Assembly: GCA_964057225.1 (NCBI GenBank)
Contig: OZ059897.1
Span: 12,648,001 to 12,712,000 of the forward strand
Reading direction: 5' to 3'
Source: Auanema rhodensis
Lineage: Eukaryota > Animalia > Nematoda
Length of the DNA stretch: 64,000 bases
The notes under the pieces were generated by a model, which did not search any database, was not told where the DNA came from, and saw only the letters and a program-made list of their open reading frames with translations. The position numbers were made by a program, and so were the translations under genes. Positions 12,091 to 24,224 of this stretch are shown piece after piece (within the stretch, counting starts at the first letter, position 1; each line of letters starts with the position of its first letter).

Positions 12091-12889
12091 TATTTATTTT
12101 TTTTGTAGACGCACTGCTCATCTTTATATAACAACGACTTCTTTAAATCAAAACAATTTATATTTGAATCATTAAAAAAATTATTCTTAACAAATTATCT
12201 TCTCTTCATGCGCCATCCCAATGTATGACTAGGGCAATCAATATTTTACTTTACATAGCTTTGTGACATTGGCCGATTTTGGCTTTATAGACAGGTTAGC
12301 TTTGTAGAGTCTCAACTCTCTTATATAAAATTTCCATCTTTTCTGCACCATACTAAGAAAGCGCCCAATGTGTGCCGGGCGTAAATTGTGCCTATGAATA
12401 TTAACGCAGTCCTACAATACAGTCATGTGATCACCTCCCTCACGTTGTTGTAGGGTACTATTATGATTATTTATGTAATCTACAATGTTTTGACAACAAT
12501 TAAAATAGTTTATATTGTACTGTATTCATAATATGCTTACCTCCATAATTTATGAAAAATTGGAAACATTACTAGTCACTATTGATTTTTCTGGTAAATT
12601 GAATGCAGTGCAAAAGTAGTGTTACCGCTCTAATCATTACACATTAATAGAAGATTATCATGATTGTCATCATATAAAGAGAATTAATATTGATTGAAAG
12701 ACTTCTTAATATTACATAAATGTACATGTATAGTTCTGTATTTTTAATGAATAATTCGAATAGGTGTTTCTTTGCCAGTTCTTTTCTTTTTTTTAGGAAA
12801 TAATAGCTCTTTAGTTCTTTTTCATTTTTCAATATTTTGTAGGATCGATGTTTTTTGTGAAGTACCAGTAAAGTAACAATTCTGTTAAA

Positions 12890-13722
12890 ATGGGTAACTG
12901 TCTTCCAACTTTGTTTGGCGGAGATTCACGCTCTTCTCGTTCTCGCTCAGCTACTTCTTTGTCAAGAACCAGAAGGTAAAGCTATATTAATCTCAGGTTT
13001 CAAAGACTTTAACTATTTTCAGACAAAGCGATGGTGGCCAAATGAGTTTTTCTAACCCAATTATGGACACCATGTCTGAACACTCGGTAACAATTTGATA
13101 CTTTTCTTCTTATTTTAACTTGTTATATAGCCTAATATGAATTATTTCTTTCTATTCACATGTTTTATAATTATTAAAAAAGAATTTTTATTATTTACAG
13201 AGTGCTTATGTTAACCAACTATATGCTGCTAATATTGCTCGACAAAGGAGTGCAAACAGCGAAGGGAAGGAGGTTAATTTAGTGTTGGTTTCGCTGTTTT
13301 TCAATAAACAGATTTAGATGGAAGAAGCACGAAAGATAAGAATGAAAGGGCTTCTGGAACAAATTCCTGCTGATGTTTTCAGATCAGATATGAAAGCCAC
13401 TGAGTTGAAGATGTTTTTGAATGATTTTCTTTACTCATTATTTTTAGATGTGCTATTTGTATGGTAGATTTTGAAGTTGGGGAAAGTGTGAGATACTTGC
13501 CCTGCATGCATTTCTTCCATCAAGAATGTGTTGATGATTGGCTATTAACGTATGTTTTGATCTTATAGTTTTTAAATTTAATAAACTTCTGAGTTCAGAC
13601 GATCTTTCACTTGTCCTACGTGTATGGAACCTGTTGATTCTACTATTCTCTCGTCTTTGACTGCTCATACACAGCAATCTTTGCATGATCTAGCTTGTTC
13701 ACCAGCAACTACTTCCAAATAA
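12890..13722 (+). CDS. RNF11: RNF11-like RING-H2 E3 ubiquitin ligase with N-terminal MGNC acylation motif
   Basis: Six exons. Starts [11 protein letters not shown]; contains [17 protein letters not shown] and RING-H2 [46 protein letters not shown], the RNF11 signature. Stop TAA at 13720-13722. Confidence 0.9.
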
Positions 13723-14624
13723 GTTTTCATTTTTTTTAAATATTTTTTTATTCTCCTTTGTGAATCGTACATCTTTTTTTGGCCTTTCTGTACAATTGGA
13801 TTGTTTTGCATAATTTTTTTGAAAATTTCATTCATTCCTCTTCATTCAAATGATTCGTTGAAGGGAACGACTATTCCCCTACTGATTCAACTCAAAACTT
13901 GAATCACTGTATATATAAATTCGATCCTCTCACTTTACTAACTTAGTCCATACACATAGTCTTATATGTTTTGTTCTCAGCAAATTGAAGCTTTCCAGCT
14001 AGTTTTCCATTTTTTCTAATCTGTCCTTTTCCGGGTCTCTTATTTCTTTTAAAACCAATTTGTACAACTTACAACAATTGGCTCGACTCTATGTAGATGT
14101 GAATGTAAATTTTAAACTGTTTTCTATGAATCTTACCTTGTGGTTGGCATTTTCAATAATCCATTATTTTGTACATTACATTTAGATCGACAACAATTGT
14201 GACATCATGTGACATTTAAAGAATCAAATAAAACAGAATACTAAATTGAAAAAAAAATTTATTACAAAGAATACAACAATCTCATTTTGAAAATGATTAA
14301 AAATAAAGGCTTTTAAAGGCACAACTGAAATTAACACCGGTTAAAGTAAATCCGTGAATCAAAATCTATATCATAAGTAGATATGAATAATTAAAAATTA
14401 TAGGTTAACGTGTTCTAACACAAGACCAATATATTTTTGAATATAAAAAATTAATTAGGTTTTTTAGCTGTAGAGCCAGCTTTGCAGAATTCACAAGCAT
14501 TACTAATTGAATGGCACTTTGGCGGTGCCAACATAAGTGAAAAACGGACATGAAGAAAATATGAACTATAATGAAATCTCAATACCTATATAAATCTGAG
14601 ATAGAACTAATATAAAAACATTAA

Positions 14625-17444
14625 CTACGCATCTTCGTCTTCAGTTCCCTCCTCCTCTTGGGTTGTGGAGAGGACTTTTCCTGTCCGTCGCCCTGGCATA
14701 ATACGGGAATTCGAATTTCCTGAAAACTTATAAATGCTCTGTCCGAATGAATTCTCCGGAAGACCTTTAGTAGGTAACTCAAGAACAGAAGAATCAGCTT
14801 CACTGACAGTTATTAGAGTGGTTACAGGCTCTTCCTCAGCCTCGGTGAGGGTGTTTGGGTCATAATCAGAGTACTCCGACAATCTTAAATGAATTCGATA
14901 GAAAATAAGAGAAAATATAACTAACGGAGTTTCACATGATCTCACTATACTTCCCATTCCATTTGGTAGTCCATTACAATATGCTGACATTAAATATTCC
15001 TGTACGGCTTCATGACGGAACGAGCGAGCATCATCAATAGGTGTATGGCCCCATCGAAAACAAAATTTATAATTAATTTTTCAATCAAGGTTTATTACCG
15101 ATCTTTTGGGTTGATAGATGTGTGAGCTCTCTCAACTAAAAAGCGACAAATTTCGAGATTTCCTTCAGCCGCAGCGACGTGAAGTGCGGTCCTTCCATCG
15201 TAGTCGGCTACTTCCATATTACAACCTTGGATAGTCATGCTGAAGCGGGCTCCAATAAAACAAACTATTGAATTATCTCAAACCGTTTAATTGCCTCCAA
15301 ATCACCATTTTTTGCCGAGAACAATAAGCTAACAACAAGTTCAGTATCTCTATTACCCAGTCGTCGTCTTGGATCTAACTTTTTGGAATCAGCATGTAGA
15401 AGGCTGTCGTAATTGTGGAAATTGAACGTATCAATTAATTTCTAGATATTATATTGGTTATTTTCTTTAAAGAACAATACTAACCTGGCAGAATGCAACA
15501 CCTCTTGCACTGTTACCCATCTTATCTAGTCTTGGAGAAAAGAGAGCAATTCCCATTAAATTTGGTACCACAACTATCATAACCCCCGAAACGCCTGATT
15601 TAGCTGGTAGCCCAACCTATTAAGAGAATGAATTATTATGACACAGATGTTTTATATTATACTTGAAAAGCGAATTTTCCCGAGTAGTCATACATTCCAC
15701 AAGAGTACATTAGAGATAAAACATCACGACAAGGTCTAGGATGAATACAAAGTTCATCAGTTAAGGGGCATACACCTGAAATGAATACTTTTAAAAAATT
15801 TTGCATGACCTTAATTATCTACCTCCATTAGCTAAAGTTGCTGCCATAACGGCTGCTGTTTCACAGTTTGTTTCTAACGAACAAAGTTGAAAATAGAAAT
15901 CCAGTTCTTCACGTAACCCCTGCATACATTGTTTAAATTTCTCAGAATCTAAAGTTATGAAATACCTGTGTTCCTGGAGGGAAACACTTATTTTCTTTCA
16001 TATAATAAGATAGGGCATAGTTTCTGTCAGCTGTGTCACGTTCTGATAGAAACCTACAAAAGATATTACACATAAAAAAATTTTTATAAGGAATTAACGT
16101 TGCATTATTAAAGCCAACATGTTCTCCACCAGCCAGTTTGCGGTATTCGGCAAGCACAAAGTCAAATCTGTCAGCCATTGACAGATTATTCCTTATCAGC
16201 GATGTAACGATGATAGCTCCAGCATTAATCATGGGATTGTGTGGCTTTCCTGAGAAAAATATCTATTTATGAATTGCCTTGTTCGAAAATTACCATTTGG
16301 ATCAAGACAGATTTCATTGAAAAGTCTTCCACTAGGTTCATGTCCAACGTAGGAATGAACAAAATCAGCTCCTAAATCAGAAGACACAATAGCATAGTTG
16401 AAAGCCTAAAATCACTATAGTGAAGTGGAAATCCTCTAAAAGAGCATACCTTGCTAACACTCTGTACACAAAAATTGTATCGAGCATCACCAAATGATAC
16501 CCTCTGACCATCAATAGTGCATATTGACATTCCCCAAATTTCAGGATCTTGCCGAGCAAGTTGCGGAATATATGTAGCAACATCACCACTAGTTTCACAA
16601 CGGCTCTACAATTAATTATTTAAATATATACCAAAGCAAATGGCAACTTCTTCAAATAAATCTCTAATCTTAGCACAAAATTCTCCCCAAGAAGGAATGA
16701 TTAGGTTATTTCTTAGAGCTTGAGATATAAGCTGCACAGAGGGATGTATACATCTTAAGCAAACAAATATTGACTTCTTAATTAGACACCTACTCTTTGA
16801 ATGCTTCCTTCTGTAATGTAAAATTTCTCGCATCATCATCTTCATCTTCTAAAGTTTTAATTTTTTCCATCATTTGTTTAAGCCGAGGGTCTGATTCACG
16901 TAAACCGAACGATTTTAAAACCTAGAACTCAAATTTCTCATGAAGACAGCAAGTTTTCTATAAAACCTTTATCAATTTCGTTATGCTAGCTTCCTCTCTA
17001 TCGGGCATTTTGAAAAGATTATAAATGTGCTCTTCTGGAGCTGAGTCCCTTGATTCATATGCATGGTTCAAGTTTTCTACCGTCCGAGACATAATTTGCG
17101 CAACAGATGTCTTCCTATCCAATATCTCTCCGATAGCATTTACTGAAATCATCGATTTATTCGTAATATTCTGATTTATTCACTGTAAAGAAAGAGAACA
17201 CAACAATTGATCTTCAATTTGATGAGTTTGTACGAACTGTCGAAAATGTGAAGCTTAATACTATAGAGAAATTTTCTATCTACGCAAAAAATTTGAAACT
17301 GTTATTAAAGCAAGCAACCAACAGCGAGAGATTAAAGAAGAGAATAAGATAACACATTAAAAAAAAGAAAAACATAACGATACAAAACTTACAGGTGAGC
17401 TCCGAATGAGCAGCAGATTGAGCGGATGTAAATGGAGTCGACAT
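14625..17444 (-). CDS. GLS: Glutaminase (GLS/glna family) with C-terminal ankyrin repeats; core model, 5' end variable
   Basis: Spliced exons give [15 protein letters not shown], catalytic QSVSKAF (SxxK), [46 protein letters not shown] and ankyrin [27 protein letters not shown]. The ATG at 17444 follows TTCCAG. Stop TAG at 14627-14625. Confidence 0.95.
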
Positions 17445-17958
17445 CTGGAATTCAAAATTTCTTTCACGAAAAAACGTTATGTTAGGATGATGAAACAGTG
17501 CTATGGCACAATGAAGGTTGAGGACGTTGAAACGAAGATTGGCGAACTTTCTGGCGCAAGAAATTAATCCCTCAATACAAATATATGATTTCGTCAAGGT
17601 AGGCTTCCAGCAAACCAAAAAGTTCATTTGGTGAATAATATAAACAAAAAAAGCATCTTCTTTCAGTTTCAATAAGCATACATTGGTTGCACAAAAAGCA
17701 ATCAAAAGTCATTGAGCGGAAAAAAAGAACATCCGCTCAGCATTAAAAGACATGTGTAACAGCATTTTCCAGCTTGATAACATCACATAAACGGTACATT
17801 TGTTAAAGTATTATAAGAAATGGTAACTATAAGTTTCGAGACAACTTTCTGAACGAAACATTCATTACATTTTAACACGTAACATCCACATTAGGCTAAA
17901 ATTAAATTAATAATAGACACGTACAAACAATTAGCAGAGAAACGAAGAAAATACTTAC

Positions 17959-20116
17959 AAACTTCGCCATGTTTCAAAGAAAAATCTTTTTCCCACGAAA
18001 AGATTAATTCTTAGCAGACATCAAGCAGCTTCACCTTCTCTCAAGTAAGTTGAGGACGAGGTTGTTGATCCAGTTGGAATCTGATGTGCAACTGGTAATG
18101 TTATCGCTAGCATCAGCAAAGACTCTTGATGAAAACTAAGAAAAAGGAAACAAGAACCCAGAATTCACAATAGAGTTAAAAAAAAGAATGAAAGAGAATA
18201 TGATCGGAAATAAAGAAATATGAATATGATAATTTATTTTTATGCCCTCTATCATTAATTTCAGAGCATATCAGCATTCTTTGTCACAAGAGAGAAAAAT
18301 GATAAAGCTATAATGCAGACAGCTATGAATATGTTGTAAACTAATAGCGACAGAGCAAAGGCCAGACCTAGCCTTTCTTTAAAAAAAAATATTTTTTGCT
18401 AATAGCGTACAAGTACGAGAAAAAAGTTACTGCACATGACGCATGGCAGTTGCTAAGTGCAATATGCGAAACAATTATTTAACATAAAAAGGAAAGCTAT
18501 TTTTATGATTTGCTCGGAAACTTCATGCCCTTTTTATCAATGCGTCCGTTTCTTTCATGAATTGTCACAAATAAAAAAGATAGAAATCAATTAGTTATTA
18601 GACGATAATGATTGAAGGAGGAACAGAGAAAAAGAATATGTCTCAATGGAAATGAGAATGCAACTGATATTAGATTCTATGATCTCTTTTATATACTTTA
18701 GCACAATGAGGAAAAAAAAGTTTGCATTAGATCATCAGACTTCAAAAACTCCACTAAGTCGTTTGAAAACAATCTGGAGTTTTACGTGAGGAAGAATGAG
18801 GAAAAGAAAAAGAAGATAGAGGAAAGAGAAAACTAATCTCTTTCTTTCTCTTAAATCTATCAGTATTTCGAAATTTAAATACGAGATTCTCTGCCACCCA
18901 GGCAATGTGCCAAAAGATGTAAGAATTTCAAAAATGTCATTCAAAAGAGATACATGCCTGGTATCTGCATAGGACGAGCACATAGAAACAAAAAAAACTC
19001 GGATTTACTAGAGTTCAATTATACTCCTGGTAGTCTCTATCTCTGTCTCATTCTTTTTGATGTTCTCTTCCTCGCTCTCAATATATCTCTCTCTTTCTTG
19101 TTCTATCAAAACGTAAAAGATGGCTGTAGCAAAAAAAAATAAAATAAAAACTGTAAGAAATGAAGATAACCAGCAGTGTAAAATGATTGATACTACTAAG
19201 CATCATGGTAAATATACCAAAAACGGAAAAAATTTCCCAAATGACTATTGATGAAAGCTATACAACAAGCAAAGCAATTCTGCTTAATGAGAAATTATTT
19301 CTCATATAAAGTACAAATAAGGAAAAATAAATACAAAAGTAGAAAGCAGAACATGTTAATCGAACATTGATTTAGCAAACTAAAAAAGAATGATTAACAC
19401 ACCTGCTTTTCGGGGACAGAAGAAGACGAGAAGCCAGCTCCATTATACATTCGCGTCTGTAACTAGGGAAATTTTCACAAAAATTTCTGATAATCATCAA
19501 GAAAACATGAAATCCACGAGATTTATCTCTATTCAGGATTTGCTGAATATAACATTAATATGATCATAAGTAGACTGTCGGGTAGTTCCATTCAATTCAG
19601 AACTGATTACAGTTATGAGAGAAAAAAAGAAAGAAAAGAAAAATCATAAAAGGAAGTAAGTGAATGATAGAAAATGCTTAAGGCTAAAAGCCAGTAGGGT
19701 CAAACATTAAAGGGCGGATATACAGATTCAAGAATCTTCCAAACGATCAGCAACATTTAAATCTTTGAAAATGTGACGTTACAAGATCAGCAGCATAATG
19801 AACTTTTGTATTTTGCAATTTGAACCTCTGTCACATTCTTGAAACATACACTGCATGCGTCCGTTTACGGGCCCGATGATAGTTTAATAAAAACATGGCT
19901 TTGCAGTTTCGAAATAGACAGAAAAGACAAATATTGCATTATTAGAAACGTTTTGCTAACGAAGAGCCTATCCGGCTTACTCATCAGCTTTTTCCGCTTC
20001 TTTTCCGCAATCCAAAATCCATCAAAGATATTTGGAACACGCCCAATAAGATCACTACAATTCATTATTCCAGCGTTTTCGTTCATTTGCCGTCGTCTAC
20101 ATACAGTACTCCACAT
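17959..20116 (-). other. Cluster of candidate alternative first coding exons of the glutaminase gene
   Basis: 17970-17959 (MAKF, GTAAGT, phase 0); 18113-18035 (MLAITLPVAHQ..YLRE, phase 1); 19450-19403 (MYNGAGFSSSSVPEKQ, phase 0); 20116-19961 (MWSTVCRRRQ..PDRLF, phase 0). Each matches the phase of the acceptor at 17444 (phase 0) or 17142 (phase 1). Confidence 0.55.
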
Positions 20117-21381
20117 ATCTCTAAAAACAGAAAGGAAAATTTCGAATTTTTCGACTTTTGATATTACAATCTGTAGTCTACAAAATTTATAAAAAACTTT
20201 TAACAGACATCTGTGAACGTTTTTGAGGAACAAATGGAAAACTTTTACAAGGAATGAATAAAAATCAAAAAGAGCACATACTTCCTTAGAATGAAAATGT
20301 TCTTGTCCTTGACAGTTCGCACTTCATTTTCTTAAATTGATCTTTGATATCATTTCAAACCCACATTTGTTACAAAAAAAAACAAAAGCATGGGTAAGAT
20401 GTAGGAGAAAAGAAAGAATACGAATCAAGATGAGAAAAAGGAAATGGACTCACCTGCTCGTTTATCGTGAATTAATTAGGTCCTTAAGTTATTGATAATA
20501 AGTAGTACTTGGGTTCAATGTGACCAGAAGACATGAAATGACGGTCGTTATTTCTGAAATCTGTCACCTCAGCTCAACTGAGTAATAAGGTGTATGTACA
20601 ACAGTGGAAATTCAAATTACTACGAAAATATGTGCAGAAACATAAATATAAAACTTGCATATTCATATAAATTATGCAGGTAAGACTAATTTTTATAAAG
20701 CTGACAGCTCATTTTAGATGTAACTGCATAATGCAAATACACATATTCAGCTCGATCCAAACAAATTCTGTTCGATTGTTAGTACGTAAAAGAATACGAA
20801 TTTTTCGATAATATATATACAAGATCAATCTAATCTTGTGGTATTATCTATAAACACAAAATCAAATGCAGCTTCAATTTGATTAACTGCAAGAAAAGAC
20901 GCCTATTTTTAAAGAAAGGTTTCTTTAATTTAAAAAGCATTTATTACATAACATAAATTTATATATTCATATGCGGTACCTTTATATTATGCATTCTAAT
21001 TCCATAAAAATAAACATGAAAACAATATCAGATAAATCTATAAAGCAGGCTCCCCAACACAATAGTGCGCTCCAATACGAAAGTTAAAGGTCCTTCATCG
21101 ATGAACACGTCTTTTGTTGGAACAGGGCCAGATCTGGATAAAGGAGGACCTAGAATGGGGATTTTAGTGTTTAATAAATTGATATTTCACATTTGGAAAC
21201 ATTAAGACTCCATTTAAATAGTTATTAGTGTATAATTTTAACTTCTAAATTACATTGACTGTTTTAATACTGATAGTTAGCGTTTATGTTAATAATGAAA
21301 ATGATTTTTTTTAATTTCGATGGCTAATTTATATATTGAATTATGTTTATGTTTTTGCAGGACTGAACTCTTCTACAAAAA

Positions 21382-22201
21382 ATGGCTGATTTCGATCATG
21401 TGAGCAATTTTTTATTCAACCTTTATTCTAATTTTGTTTCATTCCAGGATGCCACTTCTCTTTATAGCGTAAAAGGAATTGTTATCTTAGACCAAGATGG
21501 AAACAGAATTATTGCCAAGGTTTATCTTCGGTTTTTTTACAACAATTTACATTTGTTTAATAGTATTATGACAAGAATACCTTTGGTACAACTAAGGAAC
21601 AAAAAGCTTTCGAAAAGAGTATGTTTCAGAAAACTCATAGGAATTCTTCCTGTAAGTTTAACACTGATAGTTAAAATCATCCTATTTATATAAATAAATC
21701 TAATATAAATAATATATAAATCGATTTTTTTTAAGCTGAAATCCTCCTTCTTGATGGTGTAACATGTATTTATAGATCAAATGTGGATTTGTTAGTCTTT
21801 AATTATTTTACTAGTTATTAAAATATTTTCTTCAGGCATTTGTATGTTCTCGGAAGTCCCAGAGAGAATGAACTTATTTTGGAATCCTTGTTAAATTGCC
21901 TTTACGATTCTATCTCTACTGTTCTTAGAAAGAACGTGGAGAAGAAAGCTCTTCTTGAAAATATGGATACTTGTATCCTTATTCTAGATGAAATCTGTGA
22001 TGATGGGTAGTTTTTATTTTGAGTTTCAAATTTATTGATTTTCTGTTCAGTGTTATTCAAGAGACCGACTCGCAAGCTGTTGTGTCAAGGTGTGCTTTGA
22101 AAGGAGATGAAATTTCTTTCCCAGATCAAACCTTCTCTCAAGTTGGACTATCATTTGTGTCTTCTGCTCAAGAGAGACTTAAATGGTCCTTGTATAAGTA
22201 A
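21382..22201 (+). CDS. copz-1: Coatomer subunit zeta (zeta-COP)
   Basis: Six exons: [99 protein letters not shown]. Acceptor TTTGCAG at 21360. Confidence 0.95.
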
Positions 22202-22427
22202 TTCTTTTAAATTTTCAATAAGATCGTCTAACCTATTTAACATTTATCGTCTGTGATTTTATACGATGCGCATATTTTATATTTATTTTTTTGATTTGTA
22301 TTTATGCTGCTGTTGGGGATAAATGTGGTTTTTGTATTACTATTTTTTCAAGATGGTTTTTGTCGATTTTTACTTATTAGATTTCTCTTGTTTCTTACCG
22401 AACGCACTTAAATTTGGAAGTTTAGAA

Positions 22428-24224
22428 ATGTCCAAAGTCAAGTCTCGTACGAAGAAGCAGGTTACATGAACTTCATTCTTTTTTATGCTATTTTAAATTA
22501 TAGAATACAAAAGTTATTCAACCAGTGGTTGATGAAGATGGAAAAGAAAATAATTGTCAAATGTTTCCGTTCGTGAACAATGGAGTTATTGCTTGAAAAT
22601 AAAAACGTTTAAGGAATCAAATTAGTGAATTGAAACTTGGTGCTGCGGACAACTATTTTCTACAAGGAAAAATTATTTCGCTTAACAAGAGTAAAAGAAA
22701 GAAAGGAAAAGAAGAGTTGGTTTTACTACAGTTGTCCAAGGATAGTGTATGATTCAGGTCATCAGATGAAGAAGATGGATCTGAAGAAAGTCCTTATGCA
22801 TCTTGTGACTTAGAAAAGCTTAGGAAATACGCAGATGTATGTGATATACAGCGTATGTATCATTTTTTCTATTTTTGAGGTATCCAGCAAATTTATCCCG
22901 AAATCCGTTCAAGTGCAATTAGACGAGCTTGAAAATCAATTTGATCTTTGGAAAGTATACTTGGCTTCAGGATTCAACATACTTGTTTGATGAAGAATTG
23001 TTTTAGTTTAGTTATAATTTAATTCAGATACATGGCGTTGGATCCAAAAGAAATTTTTTAAATTCTTTCGTTAAGAAGTTTAATGACTATAATACATGTG
23101 TTATCGACGGATTGTGTGATGAGGGTTCAACACGGGATGCCTTTAGTAGAATAGAAAAAGCATTCCATCTCTCTATTCCTGTACGCATTTTGTAGTTCAT
23201 GTTATAAGTAAAGTACACAAATTTCAGGCACCCAAAAAGAAAAATCTAGTTACATATGCTTCACAAATTTCTTCCCAATTCAAAAAGCCTCTTTATATCT
23301 TTATTCATAGCATCGATGGACCGTTATATAGGTATGTTATTTTTATGATTTGTTAAACGTTTTGTGGGGCTCATGCACTAAAGTACATAGTGGCCTGGAA
23401 TCGGTAACTAAAATATATAAGACAAACTATTGTGCTGATATTAGTAAGTTCAACTTTTTGAAAACTTTTGTTTTTTACATTTTGAATAATTTTGACTTAT
23501 TTAGAGATACTGTCGATCAGGAAGCTTTCAAAGTTCTTTCGCAGAATCCTGATATTCACTTAGTGGCAACTATTGACCATATGAACGCATGCTCAATGTG
23601 GAACACAGTTTGTTAACAAGATGATATAAATATGACTCGTTTTCGTTTTCAGAGACAAGTAACTGAATTCAACTGGCTTTTTATGAAAGTTAACACATAT
23701 GAAGTCCCAATAAATGAATTAATTGCTGGTCAATCTAAAATTTTAGGTTTCGATAGCAAGGGCAGTCAATATGTTAGTTTTTATATTTATGTTTTTAACA
23801 ATTATTTTGTTCAAGACTCATACCATTTCGTCATTGGATGTCTTCTGGGAGTCATTGAATAAGAATTCTAAAGCCATCTTCAGAATTTTCTTCTGTATTA
23901 GCTATCGAAACAACCAAGCAGTACCATTCTTCGATTTATATGAACAAGCAAGGTTTTGTTGTGTTTGTTGCTGCATAATCAGAAGGATATTATGTTCAGG
24001 AGTAATTTCTTAATATCGAGTGAAGCAGCTCTTAGACAAATTCTTGTTGAATTGAAAGATCACAAGATCATCATGTAATTTGATCGAGCTATTTTAAATT
24101 CTAAAACCATTCTTTCAGTATGCGCCGAAAAGATGATGGTAATGAACTATTGGAGTCTATAGTAGATAAAACTCTAATGGAAAAATTCTTTGCTGAAAAA
24201 GACTTAAACTTTGAATTGGAATAA
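22428..24224 (+). CDS. orc-2: Origin recognition complex subunit 2
   Basis: Spliced exons give ORC2 motifs GFNILIHGVGSKR, LYIFIHSIDGP, IHLVATIDHMNA..WN..FNWLF..TY, FLISSEAALRQILVELKDHKII and RKDDGNELL. Stop TAA at 24222-24224. Confidence 0.93.
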
